From Pseudomonadota bacterium (GTDB lineage Bacteria; Pseudomonadota; Alphaproteobacteria; Rhodobacterales; Rhodobacteraceae): DNA of 64,000 nt. The notes under the pieces were generated by a model, which did no database searches, was not told the origin of the DNA, and saw only the letters and a list, made by a program, of their open reading frames with translations. The stretch covers positions 3,934 to 67,933 of the forward strand of contig JAYZLL010000035.1 of assembly GCA_036154315.1 (NCBI GenBank), written 5' to 3'. Position 1 is the stretch's first letter. Every line of letters starts with the position of its first letter. Positions 25,803 through 32,848 of this stretch are shown piece after piece. The translations under genes were made by a program, and so were the position numbers.

Positions 25803-28259
25803 ATGAGCAGCAATGACGACTCCCAAGCCCTGTCCGGTCCCCGTCCGCGCCTGAGCGAGATGGCGATGGCCGCGCGCCCGATGCCCTATCTCGACGAGTT
25901 GAACCCGGCCCAGCGTGAGGCGGTCGAGGCGCTCGACGGGCCGGTTCTGATGCTGGCGGGCGCGGGCACCGGCAAGACCAAAGCGCTGACCGCCCGGATC
26001 GCGCATTTGCTGAACACCTATACCGCGCGCCCGAATGAAATCCTTGCCGTGACCTTCACCAACAAGGCCGCGCGCGAGATGAAGGACCGCGTCGGCCGTC
26101 ATCTGGGCGAGGCGGTCGAGGGCATGCCGTGGCTCGGCACGTTCCACGCGATCTGCGTGAAGCTTCTGCGCCGCCATGCCGAGCTCGTGGGGCTCAAGAC
26201 CAACTTCACGATTCTCGATACGGACGATCAGATCCGGCTGATGAAGCAACTGATCGCGGCGGAGAACATCGACGAAAAACGCTGGCCCGCGCGGATGCTC
26301 GCCGGGATCATCGACGACTGGAAGAACCGGGCGCTGACGCCGGAGCAGGTGCCGGTCGCCGATCATGCGCTGTTCAACAACCGGGGGACCGAGCTTTACG
26401 CGGCCTATCAGGCCCGGCTCAAGACGCTGAACGCGGTCGATTTCGGTGATCTGCTGCTGCACATGGTCACGATCTTCCGCACCCATGACGACGTGTTGAC
26501 GCAGTATCAGCGTTGGTTCCGCTATATCCTCGTCGACGAGTATCAGGATACCAACGTCGCGCAGTATCTGTGGCTGCGCCTGCTCGCCCAAGCGCACAAG
26601 AACATCTGTTGCGTCGGTGACGACGACCAGTCGATCTATGGCTGGCGCGGGGCCGAGGTGGGCAACATTCTGCGGTTCGAAAAGGACTTTCCGGGCGCCA
26701 AGGTGATCCGGCTGGAGCAGAACTACCGCTCAACCGAGCATATCCTCGAAGCGGCCAACGCCGTGATCGCGGGCAATGCCGAGCGGTTGGGCAAGGAGCT
26801 GTTCACCGAGGCCGGGCCGGGCGACAAGGTGCGTCTGATCGGCCATTGGGACGGCGAGGAAGAGGCGCGCTGGATCGGGGACGAGATCGAGGCGATGCAG
26901 CAGGGCACGCGCGGGCGCGATTCGGTGTCGCTCGATGACATGGCGATCCTCGTGCGCGCCTCGCACCAGATGCGCGCCTTCGAGGATCGGTTCCTCACCA
27001 TCGGTCTGCCCTACCGCGTGATCGGCGGCCCGCGCTTTTACGAGCGGATGGAGATTCGCGATGCGATGGCCTATTTCCGGCTCGCCGTGTCGCCCGACGA
27101 CGATCTGGCGTTCGAGCGGATCGTGAACACCCCACGCCGGGGCTTGGGCGACAAGGCGGTGCAGACGATCCAGCGCATTGCCCGTAACCGGAATATCCCG
27201 CTTGTCGATGCGGCAGGCGTCTGCGTCGAGCAGGGCGAGATCAAGGGGAAGGGCGGCAAGGGTCTGGGCGACCTCGTTTCCGGCATCTTCCGTTGGCACA
27301 GCTACGTTCGTGAAGAAGTCGATTACACTCCTATCGATCAGGATGGATTGATCGATGACCTCGACACCGGCGTTCCTTCTGGCGGCTATCGCTCGAACTC
27401 AAAGCAAACTGGGCACGTTGAACTGGCCGAAATGATCCTCGAGGAATCCGGCTACACCGAGATGTGGCAGAACGACAAAACGCCGGAAGCGCCGGGTCGT
27501 CTGGAAAACCTCAAGGAATTGGTGAAGGCGCTCGAAGAGTTCGACAACCTTCAGGGGTTCCTCGAACACGTCGCGCTGATCATGGACAATGCCTCGGGCG
27601 AAGAGGAAGAGAAGGTCACGATCATGACCCTGCACGCGGCCAAGGGGCTTGAATACCCCGCCGTGTTCCTGCCGGGGTGGGAGGATGGCCTGTTCCCCTC
27701 GCAGCGCTCTATGGACGAAAGCGGGCTCAAGGGGCTCGAGGAGGAGCGCAGGCTCGCCTATGTCGGCATCACGCGGGCCGAGGAACTTTGCACCATCTCA
27801 TTCGCGGCCAACCGGCGCGTGTTCGGCCAGTGGCAAAGTCAGATGCCGTCGCGGTTCATCGACGAACTGCCCGAGGATCATGTCGACATCCTCACGCCCC
27901 CTGGCCTTTACGGTGGCGGCTACGGTGCGACAGCCAGCTTCGGCATGGGATCGCGGCTGGAAGAGAAAGCCGCGCGGGCGGATGCCTATAACTCGCCGGG
28001 CTGGAAACGCATGCAATCGCGTGGGGGCGAGCGGCAGATGCATTCGCCCAACGAATCCCGCAACCTGACGATCAACGCGACCGCCGTGTCATCCTTCACC
28101 CAAGGCGACCGGGTGTTTCACCAGAAATTCGGCTACGGCTACGTCATGGGGATCGAGGGCGACAAGCTGGATATCGAGTTCGAGCATGCCGGGTCGAAAA
28201 AGGTCGTGTCGAAGTTCATCGTGCCGGCGGATCGCGCAGGGGATGACGTACCGTTCTGA
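25803..28259 (+). CDS. uvrD: ATP-dependent DNA helicase UvrD/PcrA family
   Basis: 818 aa. Walker A AGAGTGKT, motif II DEYQDTN, TLHAAKGLEYPAVFL, YVGITRA. Carries an atypical-codon patch at 27300-27422 (see findings). Confidence 0.93.
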   Translation: MSSNDDSQALSGPRPRLSEMAMAARPMPYLDELNPAQREAVEALDGPVLMLAGAGTGKTKALTARIAHLLNTYTARPNEILAVTFTNKAAREMKDRVGRHLGEAVEGMPWLGTFHAICVKLLRRHAELVGLKTNFTILDTDDQIRLMKQLIAAENIDEKRWPARMLAGIIDDWKNRALTPEQVPVADHALFNNRGTELYAAYQARLKTLNAVDFGDLLLHMVTIFRTHDDVLTQYQRWFRYILVDEYQDTNVAQYLWLRLLAQAHKNICCVGDDDQSIYGWRGAEVGNILRFEKDFPGAKVIRLEQNYRSTEHILEAANAVIAGNAERLGKELFTEAGPGDKVRLIGHWDGEEEARWIGDEIEAMQQGTRGRDSVSLDDMAILVRASHQMRAFEDRFLTIGLPYRVIGGPRFYERMEIRDAMAYFRLAVSPDDDLAFERIVNTPRRGLGDKAVQTIQRIARNRNIPLVDAAGVCVEQGEIKGKGGKGLGDLVSGIFRWHSYVREEVDYTPIDQDGLIDDLDTGVPSGGYRSNSKQTGHVELAEMILEESGYTEMWQNDKTPEAPGRLENLKELVKALEEFDNLQGFLEHVALIMDNASGEEEEKVTIMTLHAAKGLEYPAVFLPGWEDGLFPSQRSMDESGLKGLEEERRLAYVGITRAEELCTISFAANRRVFGQWQSQMPSRFIDELPEDHVDILTPPGLYGGGYGATASFGMGSRLEEKAARADAYNSPGWKRMQSRGGERQMHSPNESRNLTINATAVSSFTQGDRVFHQKFGYGYVMGIEGDKLDIEFEHAGSKKVVSKFIVPADRAGDDVPF

Positions 28260-28571
28260 CGTTCTCCAATAGGTTGATTCGCCGTAGTCGCGATTTCCAC
28301 CATTAACCTTTGTGACAAATTGTCGGGAATGCGGCGCTTCGGCCGCAATTCGAGGGTTGGGGTACGGTTTTCGTCACCCTTCGCGGATTTATGTGACGAG
28401 TTCGTCGCATATGGTCAGGTTTGCCTTACCAAAACGCCGAGCGTGACCTTTTTGGGTCCCAGATTCTCCCAAACCTACCGGTAAACCTTACCCTCACACG
28501 GCATCGGGGGATGCGTCGTGTGAGATCGAAAACGATTTATTTGAAGGGGCGCCAGAAGGCGTCAAGCTGCC

Positions 28572-29576
28572 ATGGCCACCATTCGGGCTAACGACCGCGA
28601 ATTCGCGAAAGCTACGGGATCGAACATCAACTCGTCGGGGGACGAGTCGGATTTCGATCTGCCGCTCGACGACATGACCGATCTGGTCATCTACACGCCG
28701 CTTCTGGATTTCGACCCCTATCTGTTCGAGCTGGGCGAAACCCACACGCTGACGTGGAACGACAGCGACGGTTCGCACACGATGTATAACGCCGAAGTCG
28801 TGCGCTCGGACCTTAAGTGGAACACCGCGAACCAAGGTGCCGTGGTCTTCGAAGGCACGGACACGGACGGCAACGCCACACAGGTGCTCTGGACCCCCGA
28901 CCTCGACGTGCATCAGTGGTATGCGAACACGCAGGCCAGCGGCCGTCACCCGATGTTTTACAACACGGACCAGCATCCCTCGACCTATGGTTACGTCTGC
29001 TTTGCGGGCGAGACGCGGATCGAAACCGATCGCGGTCTCGTCCGGATCGACGAGATTCAGCCCGGCGACCGGGTCGCGACGCTGGATCATGGCTATCAGA
29101 CGGTGCGCTGGGTCGGTCACTCGCGTGCCCGCGCCACGGGCGATGCGGCGCCGATCCGGTTCGAGGCGGGCGCGATGGGCCAGCACGGCAGCCTGCGGCT
29201 GTCACCCAATCACCGCGTCGTTCTGCGCGATGCCAAGATGAAACAGGCGCTGGGTCAGGCTCAGGTCATGGTCGCGGCCAAGGCGCTTGCCGGTCGTCCG
29301 GGCATTTCGCGCGAAGAGGGTGGGTTCGTCGAGTATTACAACATCCTCTTCGACAAGCATGAGGTGATCTTTGCCGAAGGTCTGGCCTGCGAGTCGCTGT
29401 ATCTCGGGGAGCAGACCCGCAAGGTGCTGGGCGCGGCCGACAGCGATCCGCGTGCGCAGTACCCGGATCTCGAGACCGTCAACGGCATCGAACACAAGCG
29501 TACCGCACGTCCGTTCTTGGATGTGGGCCATGCCCGCGCCTATTTCGACGCGCGTGACCTGTGCGAAGCCGCCTGA
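28572..29576 (+). CDS. Hint (Hedgehog/intein-like, bacterial BIL-type) domain protein
   Basis: 334 aa. The C-terminal domain starts with the nucleophile Cys in YVCFAGETRIETDRGLVRIDEIQPGDRVATLDHGYQTVRWVG ... SPNHRVV ... HEVIFAEGLACESL. The N-terminal 140 aa are acidic with no signal peptide. Confidence 0.8.
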   Translation: MATIRANDREFAKATGSNINSSGDESDFDLPLDDMTDLVIYTPLLDFDPYLFELGETHTLTWNDSDGSHTMYNAEVVRSDLKWNTANQGAVVFEGTDTDGNATQVLWTPDLDVHQWYANTQASGRHPMFYNTDQHPSTYGYVCFAGETRIETDRGLVRIDEIQPGDRVATLDHGYQTVRWVGHSRARATGDAAPIRFEAGAMGQHGSLRLSPNHRVVLRDAKMKQALGQAQVMVAAKALAGRPGISREEGGFVEYYNILFDKHEVIFAEGLACESLYLGEQTRKVLGAADSDPRAQYPDLETVNGIEHKRTARPFLDVGHARAYFDARDLCEAA

Positions 29577-29590
29577 ACTTTCCGGAACCC

Positions 29591-29636
29591 CCAAAAAAGA
29601 AACGGTGACGCTCGGGAGGAGGTGAGCGCCACCGTT
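29591..29636 (-). terminator. Rho-independent terminator of the CcsR-like array (also usable from the + strand)
   Basis: 13-bp stem (29601-29613/29624-29636). On the minus strand it is followed by UUUCUUUUUUGG. On the plus strand TTCTTT follows, so it can also terminate the convergent Hint gene. Confidence 0.75.
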
Positions 29637-29672
29637 CTTTAGGCAATCGGCCTCAGGGAGGAGGAAGAGGCC
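29591..29672 (-). ncRNA. CcsR/cuckoo-type sRNA unit 4 (ends in the terminator)
   Basis: Hairpins 29649-29672 (GGCCTC/GAGGCC) and 29601-29636. Motif at 29656 and 29614. U tract at the 3-prime end on the minus strand. Confidence 0.7.
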
Positions 29673-29713
29673 TTTTGCTTCGTCCGGGGTTGCCCCCGTA
29701 TGGATGCCCGTCA

Positions 29714-29773
29714 GCCTCAGGGAGGAGGAAGAGGCGTTCAGGCTACGGTCACCCCAGGGAGGAGGAGAGGGGC
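29714..29773 (-). ncRNA. CcsR/cuckoo-type sRNA unit 3
   Basis: Hairpins 29751-29773 (CCCC/GGGG plus a terminal G-U on the minus strand) and 29714-29735 (GCCTC/GAGGC). Motif at 29757 and 29720. Confidence 0.65.
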
Positions 29774-29788
29774 TTCCGATCTTTTGGC

Positions 29789-29853
29789 CGGTGGCGCTCG
29801 GGAGGAGGTGAGCGCCACCGACTATGCAGAACTTCCCGGGAGGAGGTGGGAAG
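29789..29853 (-). ncRNA. CcsR/cuckoo-type sRNA unit 2
   Basis: Hairpins 29832-29853 (CTTCCC/GGGAAG) and 29789-29820 (CGGTGGCGCTC/GAGCGCCACCG). Motif at 29838 and 29800. Confidence 0.7.
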
Positions 29854-29876
29854 ATCCGTATTGGGGACCCGGGGTC

Positions 29877-29940
29877 ACGTCTGGGAGGAGGTAGACGCTG
29901 TCCGGGTCATCGAGGAAACCTCAGGGAGGAGGTAGAGGTT
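29877..29940 (-). ncRNA. CcsR/cuckoo-type sRNA unit 1 (two CCUCCUCCC-loop hairpins)
   Basis: Hairpins 29917-29940 (AACCTC/GAGGTT) and 29877-29898 (CGTCT/AGACG). Loop motif (as + strand GGGAGGAGG) at 29924 and 29883. Unit boundaries are approximate. Confidence 0.7.
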
Positions 29941-29951
29941 CCCCGAAACGC

Positions 29952-30170
29952 TTATTTCGTGCCGTAGGCCGCTTCGCGGGCCAGGAACGGGATTTCTGCG
30001 CGGCTGATGCCGAGGTCAGCGAGGTCGCGACCGTCGAGTGCCTGCAGTTCTTTGATCGTCGTGCGGTAGACCTTGCGCTGGGCGCGGGCTTCGCCGAATG
30101 CTTTGAACAGGTTGGACACGCGGTCGAGCAGGCCGTGGTCTGCGGAGCGGATATCGGTTGCGTATGCCAT
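29952..30170 (-). CDS. DUF1127 small protein (CcaF1-like), 72 aa
   Basis: MAYATDIRSADHGLLDRVSNLFKAFGEARAQRKVYRTTIKELQALDGRDLADLGISRAEIPFLAREAAYGTK. The L..LDDR.L.DIG..R..I core is the DUF1127 signature. Purine-rich RBS (AAGAAAGAGA) upstream. The ORF track lists a longer 108-aa version. Confidence 0.8.
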   Translation of the reverse strand: MAYATDIRSADHGLLDRVSNLFKAFGEARAQRKVYRTTIKELQALDGRDLADLGISRAEIPFLAREAAYGTK

Positions 30171-30284
30171 GTCGTCGTCTCTTTCTTCTCGTCTGCGCCG
30201 CTTGGCGCCGTCTGGCTTGCGAAGCTCAGTGCCTCGCTGCGTTGAAATGAATTTGGTCCATTTGCTGCACCTGCACAATCCGGG

Positions 30285-30311
30285 GAATGGTCATTGCCGC
30301 TATGCAGCAAG
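30285..30311 (-). promoter_or_regulatory. candidate alternative-sigma (RpoH-like) promoter for the DUF1127-CcsR transcript
   Basis: Minus strand reads CTTG-N17-CCATTC (complement of 30308-30311 and 30285-30290), about 110 nt upstream of the ATG. Match to the remembered consensus is loose. Confidence 0.25.
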
Positions 30312-30439
30312 TGCATACGTAATGCTGACCTTGTTTGTTAACCCTAGGTAAACGTTCCAAAGTTCCGGCGCAGATCGCGCTCGGCCCCTTGAGAAACAGG
30401 GCGGAATGGGCATGTATGCCCCGACTGGAAAAGGAGAAA

Positions 30440-31522
30440 ATGATGGCGCTCACACGCGATCAGGTGATGTCGACCCTCGCCACCGTGGCGTTGCCGGACC
30501 AAGGCGACCTCGCATCACGAGACATGATCCGGGCTTTGACCATCGACGGCGGGCGCGTGAGCTTCATCATCGAAGCCCCGAATCCCGAGGCAGCAGGGGC
30601 GCTGGAGCCTCAGCGCAAGGCCGCGGAAGCCGCCGTTGCGGCGCTGGACGGGGTCGAAAAGGTCACGGCGATTCTGACAGCCCACGGCGGCACCAAGCCG
30701 GCCCCTAAACAGGAAGCTCCGAATCTCCGTGTCGGCGGGCATCCGAAACCGCAGGCGGGTCCGCAGGCGATTCCGGGTGTAAAGCGTGTGGTCGCCATCG
30801 CGTCGGGCAAGGGCGGGGTCGGCAAATCCACGGTGTCCTCGAACCTCGCGGTCGCTCTTGCAGCGGCCGGGCGCAAGGTCGGTCTGCTCGACGCTGACAT
30901 TCTCGGCCCGTCGCAGGCGCTTATGATGGGTGTCACCGAAAAGCCGACCTCGTCGGACGGCAAGCAGCTCGACCCGATCATGGCGCATGGGGTCAAGGTC
31001 ATGTCGGTCGGGGCCATCGTGGACCCGGACCAGGCCGTGGTCTGGCGCGGGCCGATGCTGATGGGCACGCTTCAGCAATTCGCGTTTCAGGTGAACTGGG
31101 GCGAGCTCGATGTTCTCCTCGTCGATTTGCCGCCCGGCACCGGGGACGTGCAGCTGACCCTTGCGCAGAAAGTGGTGATGACCGGCGCGCTCGTCGTGTC
31201 GACCCCGCAGGACGTGGCGCTGCTCGACGCGCACAAGGCGATCGACATGTTCAGCAAGGTCAGCGTGCCCGTGCTCGGCATGATCGAGAACATGTCCTCT
31301 TATATATGTCCCAACTGCGGGCATGAGGCGCATCTCTTCGGGGAAGGGGGCGTGGCCGCCGAAGCGCAGAAGATCGGCGCGCCGCTTCTGTCACAGCTTC
31401 CCCTGTCGCTGGACGTGCGTCTGGCCGGGGATGCGGGCAAACCGGTTGCCCTGAGCGAAGGCGCGGTGGGCGAGGCCTACCGGGCGCTGGCCGCCGACCT
31501 CGTCGCGCGCGGCATCGGCTGA
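30440..31522 (+). CDS. apbC: Mrp/NBP35-family Fe-S cluster carrier ATPase
   Basis: AAGGAG RBS at 30431-30436, ATG at 30440. Deviant Walker A ASGKGGVGKST and CPNCGH cluster-ligand motif. N-terminal DUF59-like domain. Confidence 0.9.
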   Translation: MMALTRDQVMSTLATVALPDQGDLASRDMIRALTIDGGRVSFIIEAPNPEAAGALEPQRKAAEAAVAALDGVEKVTAILTAHGGTKPAPKQEAPNLRVGGHPKPQAGPQAIPGVKRVVAIASGKGGVGKSTVSSNLAVALAAAGRKVGLLDADILGPSQALMMGVTEKPTSSDGKQLDPIMAHGVKVMSVGAIVDPDQAVVWRGPMLMGTLQQFAFQVNWGELDVLLVDLPPGTGDVQLTLAQKVVMTGALVVSTPQDVALLDAHKAIDMFSKVSVPVLGMIENMSSYICPNCGHEAHLFGEGGVAAEAQKIGAPLLSQLPLSLDVRLAGDAGKPVALSEGAVGEAYRALAADLVARGIG

Positions 31523-31545
31523 GGCATTTCTGACAGAGTTGGTCG

Positions 31546-31580
31546 AGGGCGCGTTCCATGTGGAGCGCGCCCTTTCCTTT
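31546..31580 (+). terminator. probable Rho-independent terminator of apbC
   Basis: AGGGCGCG-12 nt loop-CGCGCCCT followed by TTCCTTT. Confidence 0.5.
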
Positions 31581-31706
31581 GGCGCCCGGACATAAGCGCT
31601 CCGGCCACAGACCCGGAAAAGGCGCGGCGCACCGCTCGCGCGCGGCACCGATGCGTGGCAGGGTGCAGAGGGCCAGATGATCCCAGCGCCCGACAGATGG
31701 GCCGGT

Positions 31707-31762
31707 CATGGGATTTCATGGTCCCGACCCCGAAATCGGGCAGGGGCACGGGATTTCATGGT
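31707..31762 (+). repeat. two direct copies of CA(T/C)GGGATTTCATGGT, 40 bp apart
   Basis: 31707-31722 and 31747-31762, identical at 15 of 16 positions, in the lower-GC region upstream of mraZ. Confidence 0.8.
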
Positions 31763-32067
31763 ACTCACCGCAAATCACCGATGAGAGATGTTCGATTTGT
31801 GCAACTTTTGGCCGATTCACCCTTGATTCGAGGCTGATTTCTCGGCATGAGGGCGCCGGTTCCCGGGAATTCGTGGTTCTCGACCGGAAAAACCCAAAAA
31901 AATCTCAAAAAAATCGTCCCGACTACATTTGGTGTTCGCGCTTCCGTGATCTCGCTAAATCCGGGGTTTTGTTCTCGCTTTGATCCGCAAAATCTTGCGT
32001 TTCAGGGCCGCTCGAAACAACATCTGGTGGCTGAGTTCCATAAAAAGGGGTTGTTTCCCACGATTTC

Positions 32068-32079
32068 CCATGGCATCCC
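32068..32079 (-). repeat. inverted, degenerate third copy of the GGGATTTCATGG motif
   Basis: + strand CCATGGCATCCC equals the reverse complement GGGATGCCATGG, 10 of 12 matches to GGGATTTCATGG. Confidence 0.4.
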
Positions 32080-32099
32080 TAACTCATCGAAGAGACGGG

Positions 32100-32305
32100 A
32101 ACATAACGGGGCGACAAAGAACCCCTGAAACATCTCCCAAGTCAGGTTTCATACAGGCACCCCGCCTCTTCGGAATTGAGAGATCCGACGCACTGCGCGA
32201 GCAGACATCCCCCCAGGTGGCGCGTGTGATCGGGCGAACCCAGAGATGGGACGAGGGCGGCGGATTGGGCAGTGGCAGCAGCTCAATCCGTCGTGTTCGT
32301 TTTTC
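32100..32305 (+). ncRNA. candidate UpsM-like leader sRNA of the dcw operon (5-prime end not determined)
   Basis: The non-coding leader ends in a strong intrinsic terminator 46 nt before the mraZ GTG. The 5-prime boundary is a guess based on the size of the described R. sphaeroides UpsM. No promoter could be pinned down by eye. Confidence 0.35.
32257..32305 (+). terminator. intrinsic terminator/attenuator inside the mraZ leader
   Basis: Stem GCGGCGGATTG (32257-32267) / CAATCCGTCGT (32284-32294) with two G-U pairs and a 16-nt loop, then GTTCGTTTTTC. Confidence 0.6.
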
Positions 32306-32350
32306 TGGCGGACGATGGCGAAGGCAAGGGACAGATAGGAGCCGCGAACA

Positions 32351-32848
32351 GTGGCCGAAGTGTTTCTGAACGGTGGGCGTCACAAGGTTGACGCGAAAGG
32401 GCGGGTCTCGATCCCGTCCGGCTTCCGTTCGGTCATGGCCGACTGCGACCCGAACTGGACCGAAGGTCTTCCCCCGCAATTCTACATCGTTTTCGGCGAC
32501 ACCCGCCGCGAATACCTCGAATGCTTCACGGTCGAAGCGATGGACGAGGTCATCACCAAGATCAAAGCCATGCCGCGCGGCTCGAAGAACCGCAAAATCC
32601 TCGAATTCGTGTACTTTCAGGGCTCGCAGAAAATGTCGGTCGACGACACGGGCCGGATCGTTCTGTCGCAGAAGCTGCGCGACCGGATCGGTCTGACGGG
32701 CGAGGCGGAGTTCGTGGCCGCGGGCGACACCTTTCAGATCTGGCATCCCGACAAGTTCGCCGAGTTCGCCGATGATCAGACCTCGGCGCTCGAAGAGCTG
32801 CCGCCCGATATGGATGTGGCCGAATTGCTCGACGGGGCCGATCTATGA
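32351..32848 (+). CDS. mraZ: division/cell wall cluster transcriptional regulator MraZ
   Basis: GTG start with AGGAG 10 nt upstream. Duplicated SpoVT/AbrB-like DxxxR motifs ([20 protein letters not shown]). Confidence 0.93.
   Translation: MAEVFLNGGRHKVDAKGRVSIPSGFRSVMADCDPNWTEGLPPQFYIVFGDTRREYLECFTVEAMDEVITKIKAMPRGSKNRKILEFVYFQGSQKMSVDDTGRIVLSQKLRDRIGLTGEAEFVAAGDTFQIWHPDKFAEFADDQTSALEELPPDMDVAELLDGADL

Noticed and set aside
29591-29940. GGGAGGAGG repeats read as a CRISPR array, a tandem DNA repeat, or a plus-strand series of Shine-Dalgarno sites with mini-ORFs (track ORFs 29675-29935, 29700-29894).
   Set aside because: The conserved unit is only 9 nt, spacing is irregular (37-64 nt), and there are no cas genes. 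Each copy sits in a different self-complementary stem. No start codons sit at SD distance. G-U versus A-C analysis and the U tract favour a minus-strand RNA.
30338-30352. TTAA-N7-TAAA between the DUF1127 gene and apbC as a second CtrA box.
   Set aside because: It is a single site with an imperfect second half-site. It is too weak to call without a scoring matrix.
31655-32369. Three overlapping plus-strand ORFs (60-129 aa) in the apbC-mraZ gap as possible small proteins.
   Set aside because: They have no GC3 bias, no RBS, and odd compositions. The region behaves as a non-coding leader with repeats, A tracts and a terminator.
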